From positions 5,704 to 69,703 of the IMG/VR virus record IMGVR_UViG_3300035698_004752: DNA of 64,000 nt, one strand, 5' to 3'. The notes under the pieces were generated by a model. That model was not told where the DNA came from. It worked only from the letters and a program-made list of their open reading frames with translations, and did no database searches. The position numbers and the translations under genes are program-made. This stretch comes from a virus. Shown in pieces: positions 10,220 to 20,469 of the stretch (position 1 is its first letter; each line of letters starts with the position of its first letter).

Positions 10220-10727
10220 TTATAATCTAGAAATGCCTATGTTGGCTAATATCTTTAACCCATATTCACTGATTAAAAATAAGGGTAAAGGTATAGAATG
10301 GATTGATGGTATTAACTGTTATGAAATACCAAGAACCCAACAAGATTTTAGATTGTATGATATTATCAATCCTGATATATTTACTGAAAATCCTATAAAA
10401 GCATATCTCACCGAAAAATTACCATACGCATCATTAATTCCTCATAAGGATAATGGTAATGTACTCATATTTCCCATCACACCAATAAAATATATATTGA
10501 GTTATTTGGATGATAATAACAAACCAATTTATGAATATGAATATCGAGTAAATGCTATGGGTAATGTTATTCCCATTCTTCATAATGGTCTAAAATATAC
10601 ACATACAGTCCAAAATGATGGTACACATAAATGGTGGGTTCAAATCCAATTGAATCTAAAATCCGGCGGATGGAAAGAATTAGTGGAACAGGTGGACAAT
10701 GGAAATTTTTTCACTAAGGGGGTTTAA
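10212..10727 (+). CDS. Putative 2OG-Fe(II)/DSBH oxygenase
   Basis: IPHKD ... YTHTVQN. Confidence 0.55.
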   Translation: MSDYNLEMPMLANIFNPYSLIKNKGKGIEWIDGINCYEIPRTQQDFRLYDIINPDIFTENPIKAYLTEKLPYASLIPHKDNGNVLIFPITPIKYILSYLDDNNKPIYEYEYRVNAMGNVIPILHNGLKYTHTVQNDGTHKWWVQIQLNLKSGGWKELVEQVDNGNFFTKGV

Positions 10728-10775
10728 ATTCAAAAATAAACCCTTATGTATATAGTATCAAAGGAGAACTATATA

Positions 10776-11438
10776 ATGAAATTTTTCATACCACTAACAA
10801 TAGCATTGGCGGCATCAACAGCTTCCGCAGAAATTTATGCACCAACCCCATATTCACCCCGTCATATTGTTTTTTTCAATTTTGAGATCTCAACAGAGGT
10901 CGATGCAGAAGATAACAAATATTTGTATTATAATGGGTATTTTCATCAAGATACCGATCGCCTTCTTCAACAGGCAGTAGATGAATATGATCCTGAATAT
11001 ATTGTCTTTAACAGTCGTGGCGGTGTAATAAGTGTCATTGATAGTGTTAGAGAAACAATTAAAAATATTCCTATAATCGTTGATGAAAAATGTATGAGTG
11101 CTTGCGCTGTAGCTGTAGCCCCAAGTAACGACTTAACAATTAACGGTGTATTAGGATTTCATAGGCCCACTAGAGCTTCTGCATCTTCTTCGTTTATATC
11201 GGGAATTAAACCTGAACCTATTGAACCTGCTGAACTTGTAGAAATGTTTGATGCAGGAGTTAGTAGCACCTTAGATATGACGGTGTGGTTTTTAAAAGCA
11301 GGTCTTTCATTAGAGTTTTTAGAAACCGTTATGCGAGATACAGACGCAAAACATTTTATGACGTTTAACGACGCTGATAATTTTCAAAAATGTAAAACAA
11401 ACGAAGATTGTGTAATGAATATAGAGCTTTTTGAATGA
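10776..11438 (+). CDS. Exported ClpP/crotonase-fold-like protein
   Basis: Signal peptide; FNSRGG, CMSACA, GFHRP motifs; ATG 10776 after aaggag. Confidence 0.55.
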   Translation: MKFFIPLTIALAASTASAEIYAPTPYSPRHIVFFNFEISTEVDAEDNKYLYYNGYFHQDTDRLLQQAVDEYDPEYIVFNSRGGVISVIDSVRETIKNIPIIVDEKCMSACAVAVAPSNDLTINGVLGFHRPTRASASSSFISGIKPEPIEPAELVEMFDAGVSSTLDMTVWFLKAGLSLEFLETVMRDTDAKHFMTFNDADNFQKCKTNEDCVMNIELFE

Positions 11439-12130
11439 TAAGAAATAATATAGACAAAACACTATATGACTGGAAACCGGTAAACAAGGTAAATGGTATG
11501 CCATGGCCTCGTTTACCGGATTCTTTTGATGAAGAGGTAAAGGTGCCATTAAAGGAAGAATATTTATTCCGATCTATGGATTATCTTGACACCGAAGAAG
11601 CTCTACCGATATTTGAGATTCAAGCCGACATAATTATTGATAATGGATATAAGGGAATTGTCGACATTGGTTGTCGACACGGTCCAGTTAATGATATTTT
11701 ATATGATCGAGGGTATTACGATTACAATTATATGGGATTTGATACGAGTCCACAACCTATAGATTATGCAAATGCCGTATGGTCAAATTCACCCAATATA
11801 GAATATAGATGCGCATCATGGAATGACATTGAAAAGATTGATGTAGATTTCAAAGTTGATTGTCTAATATGGTCGGGTGTACTATTATATGAACCAGAAA
11901 CACATATGGAATTATTTGAAAGATTGCATAAATTTTATAATGCCCCGCACGCGATAATTCAGGAACCGTGTTCAGAACAACCAAAAAATAAATGGTTAGA
12001 AAATTTAACATTAAACACTATTGAAGACCAATTATATTTGTATAAAGAAAAATATTCAAAATATCAAGATGTAATTGTTAACCGAAATATATTTTCAGGA
12101 AGAAGAAAGATCGTGAGTATAACATTATGA
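11435..12130 (+). CDS. Class I SAM-dependent methyltransferase
   Basis: IVDIGCRHG motif I, YMGFDTS motif II, SGVLLY. Confidence 0.8.
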   Translation: MIRNNIDKTLYDWKPVNKVNGMPWPRLPDSFDEEVKVPLKEEYLFRSMDYLDTEEALPIFEIQADIIIDNGYKGIVDIGCRHGPVNDILYDRGYYDYNYMGFDTSPQPIDYANAVWSNSPNIEYRCASWNDIEKIDVDFKVDCLIWSGVLLYEPETHMELFERLHKFYNAPHAIIQEPCSEQPKNKWLENLTLNTIEDQLYLYKEKYSKYQDVIVNRNIFSGRRKIVSITL

Positions 12131-12723
12131 AATCGAAAGATCTAGAATGCGGCTTTAGGGTAATACCATATATTGTTAATGGCGAAATAAACGAAGAATT
12201 GTCTGAAGAAGATTTTAAAATGTGTGATCAAACCTTTCGTTCATTACAGTTAGAGCGTCGTCGCGATCGACTATCATATAACTATGCGTATGGTAATATT
12301 AATTTTGGTAGCATGTTATTCTATAATGTTGTGTATGATGTTGAAAACGATAAACCAGTATTCATATCTGGTACTCAAATTCTAAATGACGAATGTGTTA
12401 GAGTGTTTAGTAGGTATTTCGTATTTCCTAAATATAGAACGGACGGGAATAAACTGTTAGATAAGATTGATGATTTTCAGGAACTTGAATATGTTTTAGA
12501 TTCTATTCCAGACGAATATAAATTAGTTGTTTGGACACGAGACAAAAGTCCTACATTTTTTAAAAAATTAAAAGATGGGCGACCTGATGTTTTTAGTGAT
12601 TGGGAAGTATATGATTCTTCTATTAAACTGATGTGGGAAAATAATGATCAGTTTATATTCTATAGAGGTATCAAAAATAATATACAAAAACTTGAATATG
12701 AATTCTATCAAAACCCTCAATAA
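12127..12723 (+). CDS. Hypothetical protein (possibly GNAT-like)
   Basis: RVFSRYFVFPKYR resembles GNAT motif A region; weak. Confidence 0.5.
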   Translation: MKSKDLECGFRVIPYIVNGEINEELSEEDFKMCDQTFRSLQLERRRDRLSYNYAYGNINFGSMLFYNVVYDVENDKPVFISGTQILNDECVRVFSRYFVFPKYRTDGNKLLDKIDDFQELEYVLDSIPDEYKLVVWTRDKSPTFFKKLKDGRPDVFSDWEVYDSSIKLMWENNDQFIFYRGIKNNIQKLEYEFYQNPQ

Positions 12724-12845
12724 AATTGATTTAAATCAACTAATTATCATAAATACACATAGGATCTCTTACTATTGAGGTCATTTTTGTTGGCGAACTC
12801 TACTTTATGTATGACTATGTACTCTAATACTAAGGAAAAATACAC

Positions 12846-13124
12846 ATGGAAATACAAGCAATAATAGCCTTAATTGGAGCAAATTCACCTAATATTGCCT
12901 TGTTTATATCTATCGCTTTTGTGGGAATCTACTTTTGGACTCAACATAAAAAAAATAATATAGACGATGCTAATAGTACATTTAATAGAATGAGTACTCA
13001 GATCGATAAGTTACTAGATGAAAATCGAAAACTTAGAGATGAGGTTGGGGAGCTTAGAGATAAACTTCGAGAGATGTATGATGAATTTGTGTTTCATCGA
13101 CCTGATGAGACTGAAAATAATTAA
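12846..13124 (+). CDS. Membrane-anchored coiled-coil protein (holin-like?)
   Basis: N-terminal TM segment then heptad coiled coil. Confidence 0.5.
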   Translation: MEIQAIIALIGANSPNIALFISIAFVGIYFWTQHKKNNIDDANSTFNRMSTQIDKLLDENRKLRDEVGELRDKLREMYDEFVFHRPDETENN

Positions 13125-13259
13125 AATTAATTTGATTTAGGGGGTTTACATTTCGGTGTAAACCCTTATATATTGTATGTAAAGGAAAAACAAAAAGGTT
13201 TATATGATGGATAAGTTAATTGAAGCACTAACTATTAAATTTGGGAGTGGATGTCTACT

Positions 13260-13478
13260 ATGAGTAATAAAGAACCAACAAGAATGTGGATTTCGGATAA
13301 TTTTAATTTTCTTGAAAGAAGATGTGATATGCACTTTTCGGTAGATAACCCAACATATATTCCAAGAATAGGTGAAACGATATCCCACGACGGAACCAAT
13401 GGTACGGTTTATTCAATTAATTATAATTACGGTATTGATGATTACGAAAGTGTTATCCACGTAGCAGTGAAAGGGTAG
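13260..13478 (+). CDS. Hypothetical protein
   Basis: ORF in early cassette; start uncertain. Confidence 0.5.
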   Translation: MSNKEPTRMWISDNFNFLERRCDMHFSVDNPTYIPRIGETISHDGTNGTVYSINYNYGIDDYESVIHVAVKG

Positions 13479-13481
13479 ATA

Positions 13482-13772
13482 ATGACTAAACAAAAATTCC
13501 CACACATGAGCGAAAAAGCTCGTTCAAAAGATCGACCAATCCAAGATTCGGTTGTTAATGAATCTTCAACATTCTCAAAAGAGTCCGGGGAACAGTTTAT
13601 TGTTCTCTTGAAAGCTCGTCGCGCAGTACAAACTGTTACCAAACTTTTTGAAAAAGATATTGGCACCGGTAAGAATACTCATGATAGGGGTTTAGCTCTT
13701 CAAAATCATAAAGCTGATGTCAAGAATTCTTTAACATCCCTTAAAGTTGTAGGTGGAACCGAATATGAGTGA
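13482..13772 (+). CDS. Hypothetical protein
   Basis: ORF track, packed gene order. Confidence 0.6.
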   Translation: MTKQKFPHMSEKARSKDRPIQDSVVNESSTFSKESGEQFIVLLKARRAVQTVTKLFEKDIGTGKNTHDRGLALQNHKADVKNSLTSLKVVGGTEYE

Positions 13773-14025
13773 TATCAAAATTTGGCGTGTTTATAACAAT
13801 GGTGAAGTCAAAAACGAGTCTCATGTATTATGGCCCCATTTCGCCGAGGGCCGAAAATGCTTGGGATATGATGGAGATGTCGAAGCATGGTCAGAACGCA
13901 ACCAGAAAGATAGATTTGGGTGCGCTCAAATCAAACAGGTCGGTGATGCTAAACCTGTTATCCTCTTCAACGGATATCTCTCTACAGAGAGATTACTTGA
14001 AATCATTGAAAATGATTTAACTTGA
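13765..14025 (+). CDS. Hypothetical protein
   Basis: ORF overlapping previous stop. Confidence 0.55.
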   Translation: MSDIKIWRVYNNGEVKNESHVLWPHFAEGRKCLGYDGDVEAWSERNQKDRFGCAQIKQVGDAKPVILFNGYLSTERLLEIIENDLT

Positions 14026-14082
14026 ATTAGGGGGTTTAAATCCTATTATTAGCCCTTATATATCTACTATCAAAAGGAGATA

Positions 14083-14292
14083 TTGATGGCTGAAGGAAAA
14101 GATTATTTGAATGCTGTTTGGGGTGATTGGATAAATTTCAATCAATTCGATGCAGTAGACCCAGAAGCTCGAGTTTCTGTTGAATTCGCTTCTGGGGGAA
14201 CAATAAGTAATTTGATAGCCGGATCTTTTGATTGGAATGAAGTTACGCGGTATCGCGTATGTATAGGAGAGACTTATGATAAAGTATACTGA
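14083..14292 (+). CDS. Hypothetical protein
   Basis: Follows promoter cassette and RBS aaggag. Confidence 0.6.
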   Translation: MMAEGKDYLNAVWGDWINFNQFDAVDPEARVSVEFASGGTISNLIAGSFDWNEVTRYRVCIGETYDKVY

Positions 14293-14470
14293 TCTAATTC
14301 AAACGTTGGCGAAACAGTCGCTAACTCTAGATGTACCACAAGATACGCAGGTTTCAGTAACTGGCGTTAATTTGGTGGCATACATTTATGGTGTAACCGT
14401 TCAGAAATTCTATTCTGATCTAAACACTCATATCGTAGCTTATCGTGCAACGGAGAATAATTCAAATTAA
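14276..14470 (+). CDS. Hypothetical protein
   Basis: RBS aggag. Confidence 0.6.
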   Translation: MIKYTDLIQTLAKQSLTLDVPQDTQVSVTGVNLVAYIYGVTVQKFYSDLNTHIVAYRATENNSN

Positions 14471-14545
14471 ATCAAATTGGGGGTTTACTTTCAATTCGAT
14501 TTATGGTATGATATTCATATCAAAACAAAAACTGGAGATTACATA

Positions 14546-14737
14546 ATGAAATTTAAATTTAAAGTTGGGGATAAGGTTAAAACAAAAACCCCAAATGATC
14601 CAGATTTTCATAAAATGACGGGAACAGTGGAACGCGTTGACCACGCCCATTACCCATATTATGTTAATATGGACGCCTATCCTCATTCATGTTATTTTAC
14701 TGAAAAAGAACTCGTGAAACTTGAAGGAACTATATAA
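14546..14737 (+). CDS. Small SH3/KOW-like protein
   Basis: MKFKFKVGDKV...GTVERV...Y-V...FTEKEL; ATG after ggag. Confidence 0.6.
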   Translation: MKFKFKVGDKVKTKTPNDPDFHKMTGTVERVDHAHYPYYVNMDAYPHSCYFTEKELVKLEGTI

Positions 14738-15711
14738 TGTCACATGAACTTGAAATCGTAGATGGTGTTGCTCAAATGGCCTATGCAGGTGAAAAACCCT
14801 GGCATCGTTTAGGTACAGAGGTCTCAAATGATCTCTCCCCAGGTCAAATTATGGCTAAAGCGGGTCTTGATTGGTCCGTCAATAAATATGATTCTTTTGT
14901 CGATGTTAACGGCGAAAAAATCTCAACTGGAAAACAGGCACTCGTCCGTTCTTCAGATAATAAAGTACTAACAAACGTTGGAGAAGGTTGGAACCCAGTT
15001 CAAAATGCTGATGCTTTTGATTTCTTCTCTGAATTCGTACTTGCTGGTGATATGGAAATGAATACAGCAGGTTCACTACAAGGTGGACAAATGGTATTCG
15101 CCCTTGCAAAAATCAAAGAATCTTTTGATGTCTTTGGTGATGATAAAGTAGATTCATATCTTCTATTCTCAAACCCCCACAAATATGGTAAATCAATCGA
15201 CATTCGCTTCACGCCGATTCGTGTGGTTTGCAACAACACTCTTTCACTTTCTCTTGGTTCAAAATCAAGCGGTTTCTATAAGTCTGGTCACCGTTCAGTA
15301 TTTGACCCAGATCAAGTAAAAGAAGCAATGGGTCTCGCGCACGAGAAATTCGCGAAGTATAAAGAAATGGCTCAGTTCCTTGGTTCCCGTAACGCTTCAA
15401 AAGAAGCTTTGATCGGTTACTATAACGACGTCTTCCCGCGTACGTCAGTAAAAGATGCAGATAAAAATCTTGCTCTTTCATATGACACCCTTTCTCGTAA
15501 TGCTCAGGCAGCTTACGACGTACTTGAAACCCAACCGGGTGCTCAATACGCAGAAGGATCTTGGTGGCAGGCGCTGAACTCTGTAACGTTTATTACAGAT
15601 CACGTTCAAGGTCGAAGCGAAGACAACCGTCTATATTCTAGCTGGTTTGGTGGAAATCAAGCTCGCAAGGTAACAGCAGTTGACAAAGCAGTGGAGTATG
15701 CAAATGCATAA
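14737..15711 (+). CDS. DUF932/DUF945 phage-plasmid protein
   Basis: PWHRLG, AGLDWSV, PVQN-DAF-FF, TAGSL-GG, TPIRVVCNNTL. Confidence 0.9.
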   Translation: MSHELEIVDGVAQMAYAGEKPWHRLGTEVSNDLSPGQIMAKAGLDWSVNKYDSFVDVNGEKISTGKQALVRSSDNKVLTNVGEGWNPVQNADAFDFFSEFVLAGDMEMNTAGSLQGGQMVFALAKIKESFDVFGDDKVDSYLLFSNPHKYGKSIDIRFTPIRVVCNNTLSLSLGSKSSGFYKSGHRSVFDPDQVKEAMGLAHEKFAKYKEMAQFLGSRNASKEALIGYYNDVFPRTSVKDADKNLALSYDTLSRNAQAAYDVLETQPGAQYAEGSWWQALNSVTFITDHVQGRSEDNRLYSSWFGGNQARKVTAVDKAVEYANA

Positions 15712-16200
15712 TTCTGATGTTAATACAATTATCGTAGGAATCATTGCTATAGTATTTGGCGTTAGTCTTATAGGGTCTTTGATTTATCAAGATAATTTAG
15801 TGGTAAAACATGGATATGCTCTTGAGAGTAAAGACGAATACTATAAGATGTCAATTATTGATCGTGGTTATGGGCTTTATTGCCCATCCACAGGACGCTT
15901 TGCATTTGTGGATGAATGCTAAATGATTGATAGTGATGGAACGACCATTATACTACCCGTAAAGGATCTTTATGAACATTTTAATGGTCGTTTACCATAT
16001 CATGAATATATTTTGAAAATGATGAAAAAGGAAAATAAGTGATGGAAAAATTTATGGAAATATTTATACCAATATGGTTCGGAATTGTTGCTGTCATCGC
16101 GATAGCCTGGTTCTCATTCTTAGGGTGGTTAGCATTTCAGATCTTAACCCACACCGAAGAAATCGGAGCATTCATGAAGGCAGTAGTAGGATAAAAAGAA

Positions 16201-16584
16201 ATGAAACTTACAGCACAGAATGTTGATACAGTATTTAAAGCATGTCTCGTGGATCCGGTAGATGCCGAACCACGCGGTATGGAACTTACCGAAATGGTAA
16301 TGAATAGCGCATATCTTGATACGTCTAAACACACCGAAGATATCAAAACGATGTTGGAAGAACTTGATGACGATTTCCGCGCTGATATGGGTGGCGGTAC
16401 TTCTTTTCTGAAGGCTGCTTTCACTAAAGAAAATGTACACTGGGGAGAACATGTTAACATGGGTCTACTCTTTGGACTAGGTAATGCCGCTGGTTTATCT
16501 AAGTTTACGATGCCCCGCGAAATGTGGGGAATTATGCCAGGTGGTATGCCATACATCACAACTTTTCCTAAGGAGACGGTATAA
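16201..16584 (+). CDS. Conserved phage hypothetical protein
   Basis: ORF with GGGTSFL...WGEH...PREMWGIMPGGMPY. Confidence 0.7.
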   Translation: MKLTAQNVDTVFKACLVDPVDAEPRGMELTEMVMNSAYLDTSKHTEDIKTMLEELDDDFRADMGGGTSFLKAAFTKENVHWGEHVNMGLLFGLGNAAGLSKFTMPREMWGIMPGGMPYITTFPKETV

Positions 16585-16882
16585 TGGGACTTTGGCAATG
16601 GATCTTCGTAGCTCTTGTGGCTTTGGATGTTGGTTTTGTTACTGCTAAACATGGGGAATATAGAGAGCCATACAATATTTGGGTTTATCTCATATCGGGA
16701 GCCATAACTGTATTCGTACTATTCAAGGGTGGATTTTTCGGATGAGTGAAGAACAAGACAGATATATCAAACTTCTTGAATTAGATTATACCTGGGCAGC
16801 CAATGGCTTACGAATTTGGCGAGGTCTAGCAATCTTTCTAATCTTTTATGAATTAACCTTATTTTTATCAACTTTTTTCTGA

Positions 16883-16951
16883 TTAGGGGGTTTAAATCCC
16901 TGAAATAACCCTTACTTATATACTATCAAAGAGACAAACAAAGGGTTTAAA
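16883..16951 (+). repeat. Repeated early promoter/RBS cassette (near-identical copies at ~31177, 51179, 61313, 63170; variants at ~10716, 14028, 44418, 44515, 54818)
   Basis: TAGGGGGTTTAAAT-N8-TAACCCTTACTTATATACTATCAAAGAGACAAACAAAGG directly before ATG. Confidence 0.85.
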
Positions 16952-17389
16952 ATGAAAATCGATTATGAAGATTATGTGTCAGTCCCAACATTAACCTTTG
17001 AACAATATCGGGTATTGCCACGTGGACAATACACGATGTATAACAATCTTAAAAATAAACTTTTCGCTAAAATGGTGAAATCTATTCAGGAGAATATTAT
17101 GGGCTTAGAAATGAATACCGAACGCACTGATTCTTATATTGGTACATTTCACTATGAGTCTGCTGAGGATATGCTCCAGCTAGGTGAAGTTCGTAAGATG
17201 GTTACAAATATGAATAAAGATCTAAAACGTGGAGGGTTCGAACATCGTTTCTATGTTAAATCACAAGGTCGCTTGGGTGAAAATAACCCAAATTCTAAAA
17301 AGTATCGCCGAGGTGGAACTTACCACAACGCGCAATGCGTGCGTTTGGAAGACGCTTCTCGGGTGGATGCTTACATCTATCGTCGTTAA
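16952..17389 (+). CDS. Hypothetical early protein
   Basis: Directly follows promoter cassette. Confidence 0.7.
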   Translation: MKIDYEDYVSVPTLTFEQYRVLPRGQYTMYNNLKNKLFAKMVKSIQENIMGLEMNTERTDSYIGTFHYESAEDMLQLGEVRKMVTNMNKDLKRGGFEHRFYVKSQGRLGENNPNSKKYRRGGTYHNAQCVRLEDASRVDAYIYRR

Positions 17390-17410
17390 GTAACGAGTAA
17401 AATTAGTTTA

Positions 17411-17439
17411 AAGGGAGTGGGAAACCGCTCCCTTTTTTA
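17411..17439 (+). terminator. Intrinsic terminator
   Basis: aagggagtgg-gaaa-ccgctccctt + T run. Confidence 0.85.
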
Positions 17440-17440
17440 T

Positions 17441-17448
17441 TATAAATA
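17441..17448 (+). promoter_or_regulatory. T4-type late promoter TATAAATA (others at 22768, 31888, 33679, 60476)
   Basis: Exact TATAAATA in intergenic positions ahead of late-type genes. Confidence 0.75.
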
Positions 17449-17471
17449 GTAAAAACTTTAAAGGATTTCAC

Positions 17472-18191
17472 ATGAGCGCAGCATCAGATAAGCACGAAAA
17501 AGACGTTGCGGATCACTTGACGTCGATTGGTATAGAATCAACTAGACCAAAAGTAAGTACAGATTATTCTGACGTTCTCATGTATCCCAGATCTAAAAAG
17601 ATCTGGCTAGAAGTCAAGATGAACCACACCGATAATCTTGGTAATACTCGAGTATTTTATGATGGTAAGAAATGGGACGTTTCACGCAAAAAGGGTACGC
17701 CCACACCATTAAAACAATTTTCAATTGACACACTAAATAAATCTGTTGATGCAAAGAGATTTGTAGAGGATCTAGCTAAGTTTGCTAATATGAGGGAAAT
17801 TAAGATACCCACAACTATGGGCGGACTTAAAGATCCAAAGGCCGTTCCATTAGATGTTATGAAAGAATTTTTCAAAACGAGAAATCGTTATATTATGAAA
17901 GTCCCTAATGTCAATATGGGTAAATTAGTTACTGACCATTATATCCACGGCAAAGCTGTTGCAACATATTATATGCAAGCGGCAGACGATTTTTATAGAA
18001 TCGGTAGTCATAATCCTTTAGGTCTATCAAATCAAATCCCTATGTTGGCTGGAATGGGTGAATTCAAAATGAGAATCTCAACTAGATCTAGATTCTATGA
18101 AGTTCAACCAGAAGTAAAAATCATGAAGATGCCTGTAAGTGGCTATTCAGTAAATCCCGGTTCGAAGAAAAAGAACCCATTTTTAATATAG
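17472..18191 (+). CDS. PD-(D/E)xK nuclease-like protein
   Basis: YSDV...IWLEVK motif. Confidence 0.5.
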   Translation: MSAASDKHEKDVADHLTSIGIESTRPKVSTDYSDVLMYPRSKKIWLEVKMNHTDNLGNTRVFYDGKKWDVSRKKGTPTPLKQFSIDTLNKSVDAKRFVEDLAKFANMREIKIPTTMGGLKDPKAVPLDVMKEFFKTRNRYIMKVPNVNMGKLVTDHYIHGKAVATYYMQAADDFYRIGSHNPLGLSNQIPMLAGMGEFKMRISTRSRFYEVQPEVKIMKMPVSGYSVNPGSKKKNPFLI

Positions 18192-18199
18192 AGAGCACT

Positions 18200-19426
18200 A
18201 TGGAATCATTTAAAAGTTTTATAACTGAAGAGAAAAATACACACATGACTCATATTGAGGATAAGGTGTTGTATGGTGGTGTTGATGGTACACGACAAGC
18301 TATTAACGCTCTTAGACAGATGAGAGATATGACTGCTGGTTATCACGAAGGTAAAGCTTCAATTAAGTGGGATGGAGCACCAGCAGTATTCGCAGGTATA
18401 GATCCAAACGATGGTGTATTCTTTGTGGCTAAAAAGGGTATCTTTAATAAGAATCCTAAAGTCTATAAGACCAAAAAAGATATTGATGATGACACATCAG
18501 GCGATCTTAATTCGAAATTGCAATTAGCATTAAAACATCTACCAAAACTTGGTATTAAAGGTGTTGTCCAAGGTGATTTCTTATTCGATAAAAGTGATAT
18601 CAAAATCAAGAAGATCCATGGCGAGAAATATCTCACATTCCACCCAAACACTATTATTTACGCAGTCCCGATGGAAACCGACAAACATGCGGTAGCAGAA
18701 ATTACGCGCGCGAAAATGGGCATCGTCTGGCATACTTCTTACTCAGGAAACACTTTTGAAACGATGAAGGCATCGTTTGGTGTAGATGTAACCAAGTTTA
18801 AAAAGTCAGCAGATGTTTGGTCCCAAGACGCTATGCTTCGAGACATGACGAAATATACCATGACTAAAAAAGACACAGCGGAAGTGAATAAACACCTTTC
18901 TGATGCAGGTATAATCTTTAACAAGATCTCAGGAAACGTCCTTCGAGATCTTGAGGGTAATAAAGAGGTTGCAAGACTAATTGAGACTTTTAATAATTCT
19001 CATGTAAGAAAAGGTGTGGTGATAACCAACACCGGTAAACACGTAAACAATCTTGTAAAATGGATTCACGCGCGATATCAAAAAGAGATAGATAAAAGAA
19101 AAACCGATAAAGGTAAAGGTGCGCAGGCTAAAAAGCGTGATGCAATCCTTGAATTCTTTTCGGATCGCAATAAAGCTAATTTAAAGCTGATTTTTGACCT
19201 CCAAATGCACATAGTTCTTGCGAAGTTGAAACTCATAAATATACTAAACAGACTTAAATCTGTTGGTACTTTTGTCCAGACCAAAGACGGTTATGCCGTT
19301 ACAGGTCATGAGGGTTACGTAGCAATAGATACATTAACAGGCGGCGCAGTAAAGATCGTTGATCGTATGGAATTCTCATACAACAACTTTTCGCCAAATA
19401 TAATCAAAGGTTGGCAAAAAGCCTAG
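18200..19426 (+). CDS. Conserved T4-like protein (DUF6267-like), probable internal head protein
   Basis: KNTHMTHIED, IKWDGAPAVFAG, VQGDFLF, HEGYVA...KIVDRMEFSYNNF; N-term MESFKSFITE. Confidence 0.7.
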   Translation: MESFKSFITEEKNTHMTHIEDKVLYGGVDGTRQAINALRQMRDMTAGYHEGKASIKWDGAPAVFAGIDPNDGVFFVAKKGIFNKNPKVYKTKKDIDDDTSGDLNSKLQLALKHLPKLGIKGVVQGDFLFDKSDIKIKKIHGEKYLTFHPNTIIYAVPMETDKHAVAEITRAKMGIVWHTSYSGNTFETMKASFGVDVTKFKKSADVWSQDAMLRDMTKYTMTKKDTAEVNKHLSDAGIIFNKISGNVLRDLEGNKEVARLIETFNNSHVRKGVVITNTGKHVNNLVKWIHARYQKEIDKRKTDKGKGAQAKKRDAILEFFSDRNKANLKLIFDLQMHIVLAKLKLINILNRLKSVGTFVQTKDGYAVTGHEGYVAIDTLTGGAVKIVDRMEFSYNNFSPNIIKGWQKA

Positions 19427-19434
19427 GAGATACA

Positions 19435-20466
19435 ATGAAGAGTTTTAATACTTACGTAGAAGATCTATCAGAAGGCAATATGCCTCATGATTATGTGAAA
19501 GCACGACTTACTAAGCACTTTAGTAAGATGGGAGTACCTCATAAAGTGAAATCCGGAATAGGATATCACTCTATTCATATTGGCAAAGATATTAAGGTTT
19601 CCGCTGCCGGAGCAGGTGTGTCAGTAACCCATAAGGGTAAAGAAGTACATCACCAAGGTAATGGTAAACTTAATTGGCGCAAAGCTGCTGACCATGCGGA
19701 AGATCTTCACCTCGCGAAAAATGAATCTCTAGATCTTAGTATGAGAAATGCTGGACCGATGAAAGACATTTTCACCAAAAAAGGTCAAGATAAAATAATT
19801 GCAAAGGGTAAAGGTAAAATTAGACCTGACACCAAAGTGCCTGCAAAAGGCGCATCGAAATTAACCGGTTTTCAAAAACGACAGCTAAATCGTCATGGTC
19901 CTACTAAAGAAGAAACCGTTTACAAACTTACAAAAGAATCAGTTCGATATGCTACAGACAATGAATATGCTCTAGCCGAAGTCGGTATGGAAGAAGATTA
20001 CCCAGATTATAAAATCGAGGGTATTGGCGTTGAAGTAGAATCCGGTAACATGCACATTATGGCTTCTGGCCTAACGTTTATGATGGATGCAGAAAGCGCA
20101 GAGATCGAAGAAGTTGCCGTCAAGATTGATCTTGACGAAGAGACTATTAACGAAATTCTTTCAATTCAGGGACGCAGAAAACTTGGCATCAGTGCTAAGC
20201 GTCGCGCACGTGTACTTCGAACCGCCAGACTAAAAGCTTCAAAAAGAATCGCTTCAAAAGGCGCACTAAAGAAAAGAGCTGGACGTAAATCTCGCGACTT
20301 CTACTTCCGTAAGTTGAGTCAGGGTAAAGGACGTAAAGGCACTTCACTTGCTCGTCGTAAAGAAATTGAGAAGAGAGTACAGAGATTTAAGAAAGGCGTT
20401 GATCGTCGTGCTAAAAGACTTCTACCTCAGGTACGTAAAGCAGATATCGCTAAGAAAAGAGGCTAA
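19435..20466 (+). CDS. Probable internal head protein with very basic C-terminus
   Basis: MKSFNTYVE N-terminus after aggag; Arg/Lys-rich tail. Confidence 0.6.
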   Translation: MKSFNTYVEDLSEGNMPHDYVKARLTKHFSKMGVPHKVKSGIGYHSIHIGKDIKVSAAGAGVSVTHKGKEVHHQGNGKLNWRKAADHAEDLHLAKNESLDLSMRNAGPMKDIFTKKGQDKIIAKGKGKIRPDTKVPAKGASKLTGFQKRQLNRHGPTKEETVYKLTKESVRYATDNEYALAEVGMEEDYPDYKIEGIGVEVESGNMHIMASGLTFMMDAESAEIEEVAVKIDLDEETINEILSIQGRRKLGISAKRRARVLRTARLKASKRIASKGALKKRAGRKSRDFYFRKLSQGKGRKGTSLARRKEIEKRVQRFKKGVDRRAKRLLPQVRKADIAKKRG

Positions 20467-20469
20467 ACC

